A DNA stretch of 53,733 nucleotides. Source: an uncultured Spirochaetaceae bacterium (GTDB lineage: Bacteria > Spirochaetota > Spirochaetia > Sphaerochaetales > Sphaerochaetaceae). Positions 1 to 9,815 of this stretch are shown here, piece after piece. Position numbers and translations under genes: made by a program. The notes under the pieces were generated by a model that saw only the letters and a program-made list of their open reading frames with translations, was not told the DNA's origin and searched no databases. Where the stretch lies: contig CAZHQL010000001.1 of assembly GCA_964534915.1 (NCBI GenBank), positions 1 to 53,733 on the forward strand. The letters are read 5' to 3'. Numbering within the stretch: the first letter of the stretch is position 1; the number at the start of each line of letters is the position of its first letter.

Positions 1-13
1 TGTAGGAGATAGT

Positions 14-313
14 ATGAGACTGAAGAAAGATGACACAGTCAAGATCATTGCCGGAAAGGACAAGGGAAAGACCGGCAAGATCGTGAAGATTGACCCGAAG
101 AACGAGAGGGTCTACGTCCAGGGTGCCAACATGGTCACGAAGACTATCAAGAAGAGAAGTCCTCAGGACAAGGGTGGCATGATGGAAGTCGAGGCTCCGA
201 TTCATGTTTCAAATGTCGCCTTGCTCTCAAAGGAGAAGACATCAAGGATCGGATACAGGTTTGAGAACGGGAAGAAGGTCCGTTACGCGAAGAAGACAGG
301 TGAGGTACTCTAA
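14..313 (+). CDS. rplX: 50S ribosomal protein L24
   Basis: 99-aa ORF with a KOW-type N-terminus ([20 protein letters not shown]). AGGAG RBS upstream. First gene of an L24-L5-S14-S8-L6-L18-S5-L30-L15 run. Confidence 0.95.
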   Translation: MRLKKDDTVKIIAGKDKGKTGKIVKIDPKNERVYVQGANMVTKTIKKRSPQDKGGMMEVEAPIHVSNVALLSKEKTSRIGYRFENGKKVRYAKKTGEVL

Positions 314-870
314 TGGCAGAAGAGAAGTTTATTCCAAATTTCAAGGCAAAGTATCAGAAGACTGTCGCACCTGAGCTTTTCAAGGAATTCGGCTATAAGA
401 CTGCAATGCAGGTTCCAAGAATCGAGAAGATTACAGTCAGCGTCGGTGTAGGAGAGGCTACAGTCAACAAGAAGCTCCTTGATTCAGCTGTAAAGGAACT
501 CGAGCAGATTACAGGACAGCATGTCGTCAAGACGAAGGCAAGAAAGAGCATTGCAAGCTTCAAGGTCAGGGCTGGAATGGAAATCGGGGCTATGGTGACG
601 CTGCGCGGGGACAATATGTGGTACTTCCTCGAGCGCCTCATCTCAATTGCTCTTCCCCGTGTTAAGGACTTCAGGGGAGTCAAGCCAAATGCATTCGACG
701 GGCATGGAAACTACAGCCTGGGAATCACGGAGCAGATCATTTTCCCTGAGATTGACTATGACAAGATTGAGAGAGTCAGCGGTCTTAACATCGCTATCGT
801 AACGACTGCAAAGACAGATGAGGAGGCATTCGCACTTCTTAAGAAGCTCGGCATGCCTTTTGCGAAGTAA
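313..870 (+). CDS. rplE: 50S ribosomal protein L5
   Basis: 185 aa. ATG overlaps the rplX stop (TAATG). Typical L5 sequence and position after L24. Confidence 0.95.
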   Translation: MAEEKFIPNFKAKYQKTVAPELFKEFGYKTAMQVPRIEKITVSVGVGEATVNKKLLDSAVKELEQITGQHVVKTKARKSIASFKVRAGMEIGAMVTLRGDNMWYFLERLISIALPRVKDFRGVKPNAFDGHGNYSLGITEQIIFPEIDYDKIERVSGLNIAIVTTAKTDEEAFALLKKLGMPFAK

Positions 871-882
871 GGAGGGGAAGAA

Positions 883-1068
883 ATGGCTAAGAAGTCTTTG
901 ATAATCAAGGCAAAGAAGGAACCGAAATTCTCCACCCGTGCTTACAACAGATGCAGAATTTGTGGTCGTCCTCGTGGTTATATGCGCCAGTTCGATATGT
1001 GCAGAGTATGCTTCAGGAAACTGGCAAGTGAAGGCCAGATTCCTGGCGTTACCAAATCAAGCTGGTAG
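883..1068 (+). CDS. rpsN: 30S ribosomal protein S14, short zinc-ribbon (type Z) form
   Basis: 61 aa with two CxxC pairs ([10 protein letters not shown]...CRVCFR). GGAGG RBS. Lies between L5 and S8. Confidence 0.95.
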   Translation: MAKKSLIIKAKKEPKFSTRAYNRCRICGRPRGYMRQFDMCRVCFRKLASEGQIPGVTKSSW

Positions 1069-1077
1069 GAGATAGTT

Positions 1078-1476
1078 ATGGCACAGAGTGATCCAATTGC
1101 AGATATGCTTACCAAGATCAGGAACGCTAGTCAGGCTAAGCATGAAAAGGTAGAGATTACCAATTCCAGGATGAAGCTGCAGATCGTCAAGATCCTGAAG
1201 AATGAGGGCTTCATCAAGAATTTCAAGAAGGTTACGAAGGATAATATTCCATATATCCGCGTATTCCTTAAATATGACGATATGCAGAACCCTGTAATTC
1301 ACGGTCTCGATCGTATCTCAACTCCAGGCCGCCGCGTATACTGCGGATATAAGGATATCCCGAGCGTATACAACGGCAACGGTGTTGTAGTCATTTCTTC
1401 CTCAACCGGAGTCATCACAGGCAAGGAAGCCGTTGGTGCCAAAGTCGGTGGAGAGCTCATCTGCAGGATCTGGTAA
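1078..1476 (+). CDS. rpsH: 30S ribosomal protein S8
   Basis: 132 aa. N-terminus [13 protein letters not shown] is the classic S8 signature. Operon position fits. Confidence 0.95.
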   Translation: MAQSDPIADMLTKIRNASQAKHEKVEITNSRMKLQIVKILKNEGFIKNFKKVTKDNIPYIRVFLKYDDMQNPVIHGLDRISTPGRRVYCGYKDIPSVYNGNGVVVISSSTGVITGKEAVGAKVGGELICRIW

Positions 1477-1486
1477 GGAGTAGCAC

Positions 1487-2029
1487 ATGTCAAGAGTAGG
1501 AAAATTACCAGTAGCAATCCCGGGCGGAGTAACGGTGTCCCTTTCTGGAAACATCGTAACTGTAAAGGGAAGCAAGGGAACTCTCACACAGGAAATCAAG
1601 GGAGATGTCAGCGTAGAGGTCAGGGATAACGAGGTCATCGTAACCAGAAGCAACGATGAGAAGATCTCAAGGAGCTATCACGGGCTCTATCGCCAGCTTA
1701 TTGCCAACATGGTAAAGGGCGTTAGCGAAGGGTACTCCAAAGTCCTTCTGATCAATGGTGTCGGATACCGTGCAGAGGTCAAGGGAAACATCCTTACACT
1801 GAACCTCGGATACTCAACACCGATTGAGTACATGATCCCGGAGGGCATCACGATTACAGCAGACGGACCTGCAAAGCTTACTGTCTCCGGCATAAGCAAG
1901 GAGAGGGTTGGACAGGTTTCTGCAGAGATCCGCTCCCTCAGAGGACCTGAGCCTTATAAGGGCAAGGGTATCAAGTATGAGACTGAGACTATCCGCCGCA
2001 AGGTAGGCAAGTCCGGTGGAAAGAAATAA
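1487..2029 (+). CDS. rplF: 50S ribosomal protein L6
   Basis: 180 aa. MSRVGKLPVAIPGGVTV start is typical of L6. Operon position fits. Confidence 0.95.
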   Translation: MSRVGKLPVAIPGGVTVSLSGNIVTVKGSKGTLTQEIKGDVSVEVRDNEVIVTRSNDEKISRSYHGLYRQLIANMVKGVSEGYSKVLLINGVGYRAEVKGNILTLNLGYSTPIEYMIPEGITITADGPAKLTVSGISKERVGQVSAEIRSLRGPEPYKGKGIKYETETIRRKVGKSGGKK

Positions 2030-2041
2030 GGGGAAGTACTG

Positions 2042-2401
2042 ATGGACAGAATGATAGATAAGAGAAGAAGGCAGCTCAAAAGGAAGGCTCATATCAGAAA
2101 GAGGATTTCTGGAACTCTGGAGCGCCCGCGCATGACTGTTTTCAGAAGCAATCTCCATATGTACGTCCAGGTAATTGACGACACATGTGGAAAGACCTTG
2201 GTTTCTGCATCCACTGTTGAGGCAGATCTTAAGAGCCTGAGGAACAACTGTGACGATGCCATGAGGCTCGGAGAGGTTGTAGGAAAGAGGATCCTTGAGG
2301 CCAATATTGAATCAGTTGTATTCGACAGGAACGGTTATCAGTATCATGGAATCGTAAAGGCGATTGCAGATGGTGCAAGAAAGGCCGGGGTTAAGTTCTA
2401 G
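2042..2401 (+). CDS. rplR: 50S ribosomal protein L18
   Basis: 119 aa. Basic N-terminus, [20 protein letters not shown] and a [20 protein letters not shown]-terminus. Confidence 0.95.
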   Translation: MDRMIDKRRRQLKRKAHIRKRISGTLERPRMTVFRSNLHMYVQVIDDTCGKTLVSASTVEADLKSLRNNCDDAMRLGEVVGKRILEANIESVVFDRNGYQYHGIVKAIADGARKAGVKF

Positions 2402-2409
2402 GAGCAGAT

Positions 2410-2919
2410 ATGGAAAGGTCTAAGGATTTTGAAGAAAAGAAAGACGCATACGTAGAAAAGCTCGTAAAGCTTAATCGCGTATCGAAGGTAGTTAAAGGCG
2501 GCAAGAGGTTCTCCTTCTCTGCTCTGGTAGTAGTAGGAGATGGCCAGGGCAAGGTCGGTTACGGCTTTGGCAAGGCAAACGATGTCTCAGATGCCATCAG
2601 GAAGGCCACAGGAAAGGCAAGGAGCAATATGATTACTGTTCCTCTGAAGAACAATACTATTCCTCACGACATCGTAGGCAAGTATAAGAGCGCATCAGTA
2701 ATCATGAAGCCGGCAGTTCCTGGAACCGGAGTCATCGCAGGTGGAGCAGTCCGCCTGGTCTGTGATGCTGCAGGAATCAAGAACATCATCTCTAAGAGCC
2801 TCGGATCCAGGAATGGAATCAATACCGTTAAGGCTACCTTTGATGGACTGGAGCACCTCTTTGATGCAGCTCAGGTTGCAAGAAACAGAGGCAAGTCTCT
2901 TAAGGAAATGTGGAGTTAA
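2410..2919 (+). CDS. rpsE: 30S ribosomal protein S5
   Basis: 169 aa. VKLNRVSKVVKGGKRFSFSALVVVGDGQGKVGYGFGKA matches the S5 dsRBD region. Confidence 0.95.
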   Translation: MERSKDFEEKKDAYVEKLVKLNRVSKVVKGGKRFSFSALVVVGDGQGKVGYGFGKANDVSDAIRKATGKARSNMITVPLKNNTIPHDIVGKYKSASVIMKPAVPGTGVIAGGAVRLVCDAAGIKNIISKSLGSRNGINTVKATFDGLEHLFDAAQVARNRGKSLKEMWS

Positions 2920-2922
2920 GCC

Positions 2923-3105
2923 ATGGCAGACAAGATTAAGATAACACTTGTTAGGAGCGTTGCAGGAACCCTGCCGAAGCAGAGAAGGACTGTTAAGGCT
3001 CTTGGACTCGGAAAGATCAACAGCTCTGTTATCAAGGATAACAATCCTGTACATCAGGGTATGGTCCGCGTAGTATCACACCTGGTAAAGGTAGAGGAGG
3101 TATAA
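2923..3105 (+). CDS. rpmD: 50S ribosomal protein L30
   Basis: 60 aa. [24 protein letters not shown] is typical of L30. Lies between S5 and L15. Confidence 0.93.
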   Translation: MADKIKITLVRSVAGTLPKQRRTVKALGLGKINSSVIKDNNPVHQGMVRVVSHLVKVEEV

Positions 3106-3107
3106 GC

Positions 3108-3539
3108 ATGGCACAGATTGTTAAGCCATTAGGCGCGACAAAGAAGAAGACGATTGTCGGTCGCGGATCTTCCTCCAAGGGCAGGACATGCGGAAGAGGA
3201 CATGACGGACAGAACTCCAGAAGCGGCGGCGGAGTACGACCGGGCTTTGAAGGAGGACAGATGCCTCTCTACAGGCGTGTTGCACGCAGGGGTTTCTCTA
3301 ACTGTCCTTTTAAAGTCACATATCAGGCTATAAGCTTGCATGATCTCGATCTCTCTTATGAGAAGGGCGAGAGGGTAAGTGAAGAAAGCCTCAGGGAGAA
3401 GGGACTTATCAAGGGTCATAAGACAGTCGCTAAGATTCTTTCAAATGGAGAGATCTCAAAGTCTCTCATCATTGATGGAATCAGATGTTCCCAGTCTGCT
3501 GGAGAGAAGATCAAGGCAGCCGGCGGAGAAATTAAATAA
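3108..3539 (+). CDS. rplO: 50S ribosomal protein L15
   Basis: 143 aa. Gly/Arg-rich N-terminal half (GRGHDGQNSRSGGGVRPGFEGGQMPLYRR). Confidence 0.95.
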   Translation: MAQIVKPLGATKKKTIVGRGSSSKGRTCGRGHDGQNSRSGGGVRPGFEGGQMPLYRRVARRGFSNCPFKVTYQAISLHDLDLSYEKGERVSEESLREKGLIKGHKTVAKILSNGEISKSLIIDGIRCSQSAGEKIKAAGGEIK

Positions 3540-3556
3540 CAGATAGAGGGTAACTG

Positions 3557-4885
3557 ATGTCAAACACTCTGGTAGATATGATGCGCATGAAGGATATCAG
3601 GAAGAAGGTCCTGATCACCTTAGGACTTCTTGCGGTATCGAGAATCGGTGCTGTAATTCCTGTTCCTGGTATCAATCCTGTCGCAGTTCTAAATTACTTT
3701 GAAGCGAGTTCAAACAGCTTCACAGAATATCTGAACTTCTTCTCCGGCGGTGCGTTCAGCTATTATTCGATTTTCATGCTGGGCGTAATGCCATACATCA
3801 GCACGCAGATCATCGTTCAGCTGCTGATGCTGGTAGTTCCTTCCCTGAAGAAGCTCTCTCAGGATCCACAGGGTGCGAAGAAGATTCAGCGCTACACACG
3901 CTACGGCACTATAGTAGTCTGTGTTCTGCAGTCCCTTGCGACTACGGTTTACGCCAGAAGCATCCCCGGTGCGCTTACGATTGGAACTGTTCCATTTACG
4001 CTTGTTGCAATCGTATCCGTAACCGCAGGCTCGATGCTTTTAATCTGGCTTGGTGAGAAGGTCACGCAGTTCGGAGTTGGAAACGGTATCTCGCTGCTCA
4101 TCTTTGCAGGTATCGTCGCACGTATTCCATCCGCATTCTACACTCTCATCCAGCAGATCAGCCTCTGGGTCAACTCTGACTCCGGAGCCAGGGTTGGAAT
4201 GAACCCGCTGGCACTTGTTCTTGTGGTTGTGATGTTCTTCTTTGTCATCATACTTGTAGTATGTGAGGAGCAGGGGCAGAGAAAGATTCCCGTGCACTAT
4301 GCGAGGAGGGTTGTCGGAAGAAAGATGTATGGCTCACAGTCATCGTTCATTCCTTTCAAGATCAATCCGAGCGGAGTTATTCCGGTCATCTTCGCATCCG
4401 CACTGCTTTCCTTCCCTCTCCAGATCGGATATAATTCGAACGTAGGCTGGCTGCGCTCGATTGCAAACTTCCTTAATCCTCAGGGTGCCCCCTATATCAT
4501 TATCTACACCTTGTTGATTATCGGTTTTGCATTCTTCTACACTCAGATCAGTCTCAATCCGGTTGAGATGGCTAAGAATATCCGTGACAACGGCGGGTCC
4601 ATCCCGGGCGTCAGGACCGAGAAGCTGGAAGAGTACCTTACGAAGGTCCTCAACAGAATCGTTCTCCCTGGCTCTCTCTTTTTAGCTTTCATCGCCCTGA
4701 TTCCGACTCTGATCCAGATGATATTCAAATTCCCGAGCGATGTTGCGATGCTCTTCGGCGGTACCTCACTGATCATCATGGTCGGTGTAGACCTCGATAC
4801 AATGCGCCAGCTCGATGGACTTATGAAGATGCATCACCATGAAGGCTTTGTCGACGTAAAGAAGCGCAAAGCAAAGAAAATGTAG
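3557..4885 (+). CDS. secY: preprotein translocase subunit SecY
   Basis: 442 aa, about 10 hydrophobic segments. [13 protein letters not shown] and [15 protein letters not shown] motifs. Follows rplO. Confidence 0.95.
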   Translation: MSNTLVDMMRMKDIRKKVLITLGLLAVSRIGAVIPVPGINPVAVLNYFEASSNSFTEYLNFFSGGAFSYYSIFMLGVMPYISTQIIVQLLMLVVPSLKKLSQDPQGAKKIQRYTRYGTIVVCVLQSLATTVYARSIPGALTIGTVPFTLVAIVSVTAGSMLLIWLGEKVTQFGVGNGISLLIFAGIVARIPSAFYTLIQQISLWVNSDSGARVGMNPLALVLVVVMFFFVIILVVCEEQGQRKIPVHYARRVVGRKMYGSQSSFIPFKINPSGVIPVIFASALLSFPLQIGYNSNVGWLRSIANFLNPQGAPYIIIYTLLIIGFAFFYTQISLNPVEMAKNIRDNGGSIPGVRTEKLEEYLTKVLNRIVLPGSLFLAFIALIPTLIQMIFKFPSDVAMLFGGTSLIIMVGVDLDTMRQLDGLMKMHHHEGFVDVKKRKAKKM

Positions 4886-4902
4886 TAATAGGAGCTCACA
4901 AA

Positions 4903-5016
4903 ATGAAAGTTAGAGCAAGTGTCAAACCAATTTGTGACAAGTGTAAAGTAATCAGGCGTGCAGGGGTCGTACGCATCGTTTGCGAGAATCCCAAGCACAA
5001 GCAGAGACAGAAATAA
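4903..5016 (+). CDS. rpmJ: 50S ribosomal protein L36 (Zn-binding form)
   Basis: Not in the supplied ORF track because it is under 60 aa. I read ATG at 4903 to TAA at 5014-5016, giving [37 protein letters not shown] (37 aa). GGAG RBS at 4891-4894. Confidence 0.93.
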   Translation: MKVRASVKPICDKCKVIRRAGVVRIVCENPKHKQRQK

Positions 5017-5028
5017 TAGGAGGCCAGG

Positions 5029-5394
5029 ATGGCACGTATAGCAGGCGTTGACTTGCCAAACAAGGCGGTAAAGATCGCTTTGACTTATATCTATGGAATC
5101 GGAAGGGTTTCGGCCGCAGATATCTGTAAGAAGACAAACATCGATCCGGAAGTAAGGATCAACACTCTTGACCAGGATCAGATCGCTCTTCTGAGAAAGG
5201 TCATCGAGGAGGAGTACAATATCGAGGGACACCTTCGCACTGAGGTCGCTCTCAACATCAAGAGATTGATGGATATTGGATGCTATAGAGGGCTTCGCCA
5301 TAGAAAGGGTCTTCCTGTTCGCGGTCAGAGAACAAAGACGAATGCAAGAACCAGAAAGGGCAAGAAGAAGACCGTTGCTGGAAAGAAGAAGTAA
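5029..5394 (+). CDS. rpsM: 30S ribosomal protein S13
   Basis: 121 aa. [10 protein letters not shown] start and [20 protein letters not shown] motif. Confidence 0.95.
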   Translation: MARIAGVDLPNKAVKIALTYIYGIGRVSAADICKKTNIDPEVRINTLDQDQIALLRKVIEEEYNIEGHLRTEVALNIKRLMDIGCYRGLRHRKGLPVRGQRTKTNARTRKGKKKTVAGKKK

Positions 5395-5407
5395 GGGCAG
5401 GTGAGAA

Positions 5408-5785
5408 ATGGCAAACGCAAAGAAGAAAGTAAAGAAGACCGTTCTGGAGGGAAATGTCTATATCCAGACAAGCTTCAACAACACGATCATTACCGTTACT
5501 GATCTTGCCGGTAATGCTATAAGCTGGGCCTCTGCCGGAGGACTTGGCTTCCGCGGTGCGAAGAAATCAACACCCTATGCGGCACAGACAATCTGTGAAT
5601 CAGCAGTAAAGAAGGCCATGGATTACGGCCTGAGGGAAGTCAATGTCTTCGTTAAGGGACCTGGAGTTGGAAGAGAGAGCGCTATCAGGACTATCGGAGT
5701 CCTTGGCCTCAAGGTCCGTTCCATCAGGGACGTTACCCCGATTCCTCATAATGGTTGCCGCCCACGCAAGGCAAGACGTGTCTGA
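5408..5785 (+). CDS. rpsK: 30S ribosomal protein S11
   Basis: 125 aa. [21 protein letters not shown] and [16 protein letters not shown](A)RR C-terminus. Confidence 0.95.
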   Translation: MANAKKKVKKTVLEGNVYIQTSFNNTIITVTDLAGNAISWASAGGLGFRGAKKSTPYAAQTICESAVKKAMDYGLREVNVFVKGPGVGRESAIRTIGVLGLKVRSIRDVTPIPHNGCRPRKARRV

Positions 5786-5825
5786 TTTGCTGCGGGAGTC
5801 CCGCAGTACATTTAAGGAGTATTAA

Positions 5826-6881
5826 ATGGCTAGAAAATCACTTCTCAAGGGTTTCAAGAAGCCTTCGGGAATCACTTTCGAACATGCAGTAAGCAGCTCA
5901 GAGTATGGAAAGTTCATCGCTTATCCTTTTGAAAGGGGATTCGGGACGACGGTTGGAAATACTCTACGCCGCGTTCTCCTTTCATCCATCCAGGGGTATG
6001 CGGTAACGGCTATCCGATTCACGACTTTCAGCGCTGAGGATCATACGCCCCATCTTGTTACAAGTGAATACGAATCGCTTACAGGTGTCAGGGAGGATAT
6101 CAACGATATCATTGCTGCCATTAAGAAGCTTCAGATCAGCATGCCTGAGGACTGTGAGGAGACCTTCATCACGATTACCTGTAAGGGTCCTGGAGTAATC
6201 ACAGGAGCTGATTTCGAGAAGAACCAGGTAACTGTAACGAATAAGGATCTTGAGATCTTCACGATGATGGATGACTGCGACATGGAGATGGAAATCCAGA
6301 TTGACCTCGGCCGCGGCTATGTTCCTTCCGAGTACAATGAGAAGTACTCAGAGGAGCCGGGCACGATTTCAATCGACGCATTCTTCTCCCCGGTCAAGAG
6401 AGTCAGGTACTCTATCGAGCCTACAAGGGTCGGACAGAGGAACGATTATGACAAGCTGATTCTCGAAATCTATACTGACGGGACAATCAGCCCGGAGAAT
6501 GCACTCGGGGAAGCAGCCATGATCATCAAGGATCATTTCACAATCTTCATCAACTTCGATGAGAGCAAGATTGCTTCCAACGATGAGGTTGATGAGGAAG
6601 AGGAGAGGATCAAGGGCATACTCGATACTCCTGTAGAGGAGCTCGAGCTTACTGTAAGATCTTCTAACTGTCTGAAGAATGCCGGCATCAAGACAATCGG
6701 TGATTTAGCAAGGAAGACTGAAGACGAGATAGGAAAGACAAGGAATTTCGGAAAGAAGAGCCTTTCTGAGATTAAGGACAAGCTCAAGGAATGGGGCCTG
6801 ACCCTTGGAATGACTGACTTCAGTGTATTGAAGACGTCTATCAAAGTTCCAGAGAATAAGGAAGTGGATAATGAAGCATAG
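5826..6881 (+). CDS. rpoA: DNA-directed RNA polymerase alpha subunit
   Basis: 351 aa. [13 protein letters not shown]-terminal-domain motif and a C-terminal domain with [23 protein letters not shown]. Follows rpsK directly, with no rpsD between. Confidence 0.95.
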   Translation: MARKSLLKGFKKPSGITFEHAVSSSEYGKFIAYPFERGFGTTVGNTLRRVLLSSIQGYAVTAIRFTTFSAEDHTPHLVTSEYESLTGVREDINDIIAAIKKLQISMPEDCEETFITITCKGPGVITGADFEKNQVTVTNKDLEIFTMMDDCDMEMEIQIDLGRGYVPSEYNEKYSEEPGTISIDAFFSPVKRVRYSIEPTRVGQRNDYDKLILEIYTDGTISPENALGEAAMIIKDHFTIFINFDESKIASNDEVDEEEERIKGILDTPVEELELTVRSSNCLKNAGIKTIGDLARKTEDEIGKTRNFGKKSLSEIKDKLKEWGLTLGMTDFSVLKTSIKVPENKEVDNEA

Positions 6882-7305
6882 AATAGGTTTTAACGCGCTA
6901 TCGCGAACAACAAGCGAGCGCAAGGCCCTCAAGAGAAACATGGTAACATCCCTCTTCAGGTACGAGAGAATCGAAACCACAAAGGCAAAGGCACTTGAAG
7001 TGAGGAAGATGGCAGAGAAGATGGTCACCCGTGCCAAGACAGACAGCGTTCATAACCGCCGTATGATAGCACGAGACATCAAGGATGAGGCCGTCCTCGA
7101 CAAGCTCTTTAAAGAGATTGCGCCTCTCTTCAGTGACAGAAACGGAGGTTATACCAGAATCCTGAAGACCGGGTACCGCCTTGGGGATGCAGCTGAAATG
7201 GTTATCCTAGAGCTCGTAGAGAAGACTCAGAAGAAGGAAGCCAAGGCTGAGAAGAAAGATGCCAAAGCACCAAAGGCCAAGGCAGAGAAGAAGGCAGCAA
7301 AATAA
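6871..7305 (+). CDS. rplQ: 50S ribosomal protein L17 with a Lys/Ala-rich C-terminal tail
   Basis: 144 aa. [20 protein letters not shown] start. Overlaps the rpoA end by 11 nt. The tail is [24 protein letters not shown]. Confidence 0.93.
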   Translation: MKHRIGFNALSRTTSERKALKRNMVTSLFRYERIETTKAKALEVRKMAEKMVTRAKTDSVHNRRMIARDIKDEAVLDKLFKEIAPLFSDRNGGYTRILKTGYRLGDAAEMVILELVEKTQKKEAKAEKKDAKAPKAKAEKKAAK

Positions 7306-7336
7306 GACCTTCTGATGCGGGTATTTATTACCTGAG

Positions 7337-7365
7337 CCCTCATGTAATGTGAGGGTATTTTTTTT
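7337..7365 (+). terminator. Rho-independent terminator of the alpha operon
   Basis: Stem CCCTCA (7337-7342) pairs with TGAGGG (7350-7355) around a 7-nt loop, followed by TA plus a T8 run. It sits 32 nt after the rplQ stop. Confidence 0.8.
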
Positions 7366-7395
7366 GACCAGGGGACACTTGTTTTTCTTCTAACC

Positions 7396-7424
7396 TTGAC
7401 AGTTGGGAGAGTTTCGACCATTAT
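7396..7424 (+). promoter_or_regulatory. Candidate sigma70-type promoter for rny
   Basis: TTGACA (7396-7401), a 17-nt spacer, then CATTAT (7419-7424), about 40 nt upstream of the rny start. Sequence match only. Confidence 0.45.
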
Positions 7425-7464
7425 CAATAGATATATGTAGTCATACATCAGGGAGGTTATTTTG

Positions 7465-8997
7465 ATGTTTTACGTAATTATAGCCCTCCTATGTTGTGTA
7501 GTTGGCATCTGCATCGGATTCTTGATCCGTTGGATATATGCAAAGAGCAAGCTCACTTCAGCTGAGCAGCAGGCCGTCCGCGTTGCAAAGGAAATCGAGG
7601 ACAGGGCCAATGCTGAGGCAAAGGAGCTTCTTCTTGAAACCCGTGAAGCGCTGCAGAAGGAGCAGCAGCAGAACGAGAGAGATGCAAAAGAGAGAAGATT
7701 GGAGCTGCAGAAGAGCGAGAGAAGGCTTCTGCAGAAGGAAATGAATCTCGAGCACAAGCAGAATGAGCTTGATGCTGTAAAAAGACAACTGGGAGAAAGG
7801 GAAAACTTTATCTCCGAGAGGGAAAAGGCCATCGAGGAGAGAGAGGGCGCACTTGTTTCAGAGCTTGAGAAGGTCGCATCGATGTCTAGGGAGGAGGCTA
7901 AGAGCCTCATCATAGAACAGATGAAAGCCGAGGCAGAGCATGACGGACAGGTGTACATCAACAAGATTGAGAGTGAGGCACAGATCCAGGCTGACAAGAT
8001 TGCGCGTGAGATCATAGTCACGAGCATTCAGCGCCTTGCTACGGAAGTTGCCGGGGATATCACAACAGCATCGGTATCCCTGCCAAGCGACGAGATGAAA
8101 GGACGCATAATCGGGCGTGAGGGGCGCAATATCAGAACCCTTGAGACCCTTACGGGCGTGGATATCATAATTGATGATACCCCGGAGGCTGTTGTTATCT
8201 CATGCTTCGATCCGGTAAGGAAGGAAATTGCCCGTGTTGCACTTGAGCGCCTCGTACAGGATGGAAGGATTCATCCTGCACGCATTGAGGAAGTCGTAAA
8301 CAAGGTCAGCAAGGAAGTTGGAAGAATCATCGTTGATGAGGGAGAGAAGGCTGTATTCGACCTTGGAATCCATAATATCAGTCCTGAGCTGATAAAGGCT
8401 CTCGGGCGCCTTCACTTCCGCACAAGCTATGGCCAGAACGTGCTGCAGCACTCGAAAGAAGTCTCAGTGCTTGCCGGCATGATTGCAAGCGAGGTCGGTG
8501 CGGATACCGAGATAGCACGACGCGCAGGGCTTTTCCATGACATCGGAAAGGGTGCTGAGACGGACAGCGATGCCAATCATGCAGAAATCGGTGCTGATAT
8601 GGCAAAGCGCCTCGGAGAGGAGGCCCGCGTAGTCAATGCAATCCTTGCACACCATAATGACGTTGAGCCGAGCTGCATAGAATCCGTAATCGTCCAGATT
8701 GCAGACGCAGTAAGCGCAGCGCGGCCCGGGGCACGCAGGGAGAGCCTTGATAACTACATCAAGAGGCTTGAGAGCCTTGAGGGAATCGCAAAGGGCTTTG
8801 ACGGGGTTGAGAACGCATATGCAATCCAGGCCGGAAGGGAGCTCAGGATCCTTGTTGATGCCGAGAGCATAACAGATGAGAAATCGAGGGAGATAGCTAC
8901 AGGAATCGCACAGAGAATTGAGGCTGAGCTGAGGTATCCTGGAAAGATCAAGGTTACGATAATCAGGGAGCTCAGAGTCGTGGAGTACGCAAGATAG
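7465..8997 (+). CDS. rny: Ribonuclease Y (N-terminal TM anchor, coiled coil, KH and HD domains)
   Basis: The ORF track starts at TTG 7462. ATG 7465 sits 8 nt after GGGAGG. KH region GREGRNIRTLETLTGVDIIIDD and HD region LFHDIGK...AHH. Confidence 0.93.
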   Translation: MFYVIIALLCCVVGICIGFLIRWIYAKSKLTSAEQQAVRVAKEIEDRANAEAKELLLETREALQKEQQQNERDAKERRLELQKSERRLLQKEMNLEHKQNELDAVKRQLGERENFISEREKAIEEREGALVSELEKVASMSREEAKSLIIEQMKAEAEHDGQVYINKIESEAQIQADKIAREIIVTSIQRLATEVAGDITTASVSLPSDEMKGRIIGREGRNIRTLETLTGVDIIIDDTPEAVVISCFDPVRKEIARVALERLVQDGRIHPARIEEVVNKVSKEVGRIIVDEGEKAVFDLGIHNISPELIKALGRLHFRTSYGQNVLQHSKEVSVLAGMIASEVGADTEIARRAGLFHDIGKGAETDSDANHAEIGADMAKRLGEEARVVNAILAHHNDVEPSCIESVIVQIADAVSAARPGARRESLDNYIKRLESLEGIAKGFDGVENAYAIQAGRELRILVDAESITDEKSREIATGIAQRIEAELRYPGKIKVTIIRELRVVEYAR

Positions 8998-9764
8998 TGG
9001 CTGTTATCAGGGTTCTTCAGCTTGGAGATGTATCGGGCTCCTCTGGAATGGGGGCCCTGTTTCTCTCCCTTCAGCGTATTGTGAAGGAAGAGAAGATTGA
9101 TTTTGTAATTGCTAACGGAGAGAACGCATCCGAGGGATTTGGAATCAGCATTGATGATTACAACAGCTTCATGAAGATGGGCATCGACGTAATTACAAGC
9201 GGCAATCATATATGGCAGAAGGAGGAGATCTGTCGCATCCTCGATAAAGCAGATAATCTCCTTCGTCCCATAAACTATCCGCCAGGCACGATAGGAAAGG
9301 GCTATACCATCAAAAAGGGGATTGCAGTAATCAATGCCCAGGGCCGCTATTCGATGACACCTATAGACTGCCCGTTCCAGACTGTCGGGGCTGCAGTTGA
9401 GAAGATAAGAAAGACAACGCCTTTAATCTTCGTTGATTTTCATGCAGAGCACACGGAAGAAAAAGAGGCTCTTGCATTTGACCTTGACGGGAAGATCACA
9501 TGCCTTGCCGGAACGCACACACATGTGCAGACAAGGGATGAGAGGATCCTTCCAAAAGGAACAGCATATATTACGGACCTGGGAATCACCGGAGTTCTTG
9601 ACGGTGTAATCGGGAGCAGGGAGGATAAGGCCATTGAGAGGGTCCTCACTCAGCTTCCCATAAAAAGCGAAGTCAAGGAAGGAGAGGCCCATATACAGGG
9701 CATCATAGTAGAGGCAGATGCAGGGACTGGCAAAGCACTCTCAATAGAGCGCTTCAGCAGATGA
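8997..9764 (+). CDS. ymdB: YmdB-family metallophosphoesterase (2',3'-cyclic-nucleotide phosphodiesterase type)
   Basis: 255 aa. The GTG start overlaps the rny stop. Motifs LGDVSGSSG, GENASEGFGI and TSGNHIW. rny-ymdB adjacency matches Bacillus. Confidence 0.85.
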   Translation: MAVIRVLQLGDVSGSSGMGALFLSLQRIVKEEKIDFVIANGENASEGFGISIDDYNSFMKMGIDVITSGNHIWQKEEICRILDKADNLLRPINYPPGTIGKGYTIKKGIAVINAQGRYSMTPIDCPFQTVGAAVEKIRKTTPLIFVDFHAEHTEEKEALAFDLDGKITCLAGTHTHVQTRDERILPKGTAYITDLGITGVLDGVIGSREDKAIERVLTQLPIKSEVKEGEAHIQGIIVEADAGTGKALSIERFSR

Positions 9765-9815
9765 TTCTTCGATTTTGCCTTGAGGAAAGAAAAGCAAAGG
9801 CCTTATTATTAGTAC

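Noticed and set aside
4834-5301. 155-aa minus-strand ORF spanning the secY end, rpmJ and rpsM.
   Set aside because: It is antisense to three highly conserved genes, and I see no supporting signals.
7470-8027. 185-aa antisense ORF opposite the rny 5' half, plus two smaller ORFs in the same area.
   Set aside because: The Ser/Leu/Cys-rich translation is the mirror image of the E/K/Q-rich coiled coil of RNase Y. It has no RBS and no motifs. The sense gene is unambiguous.
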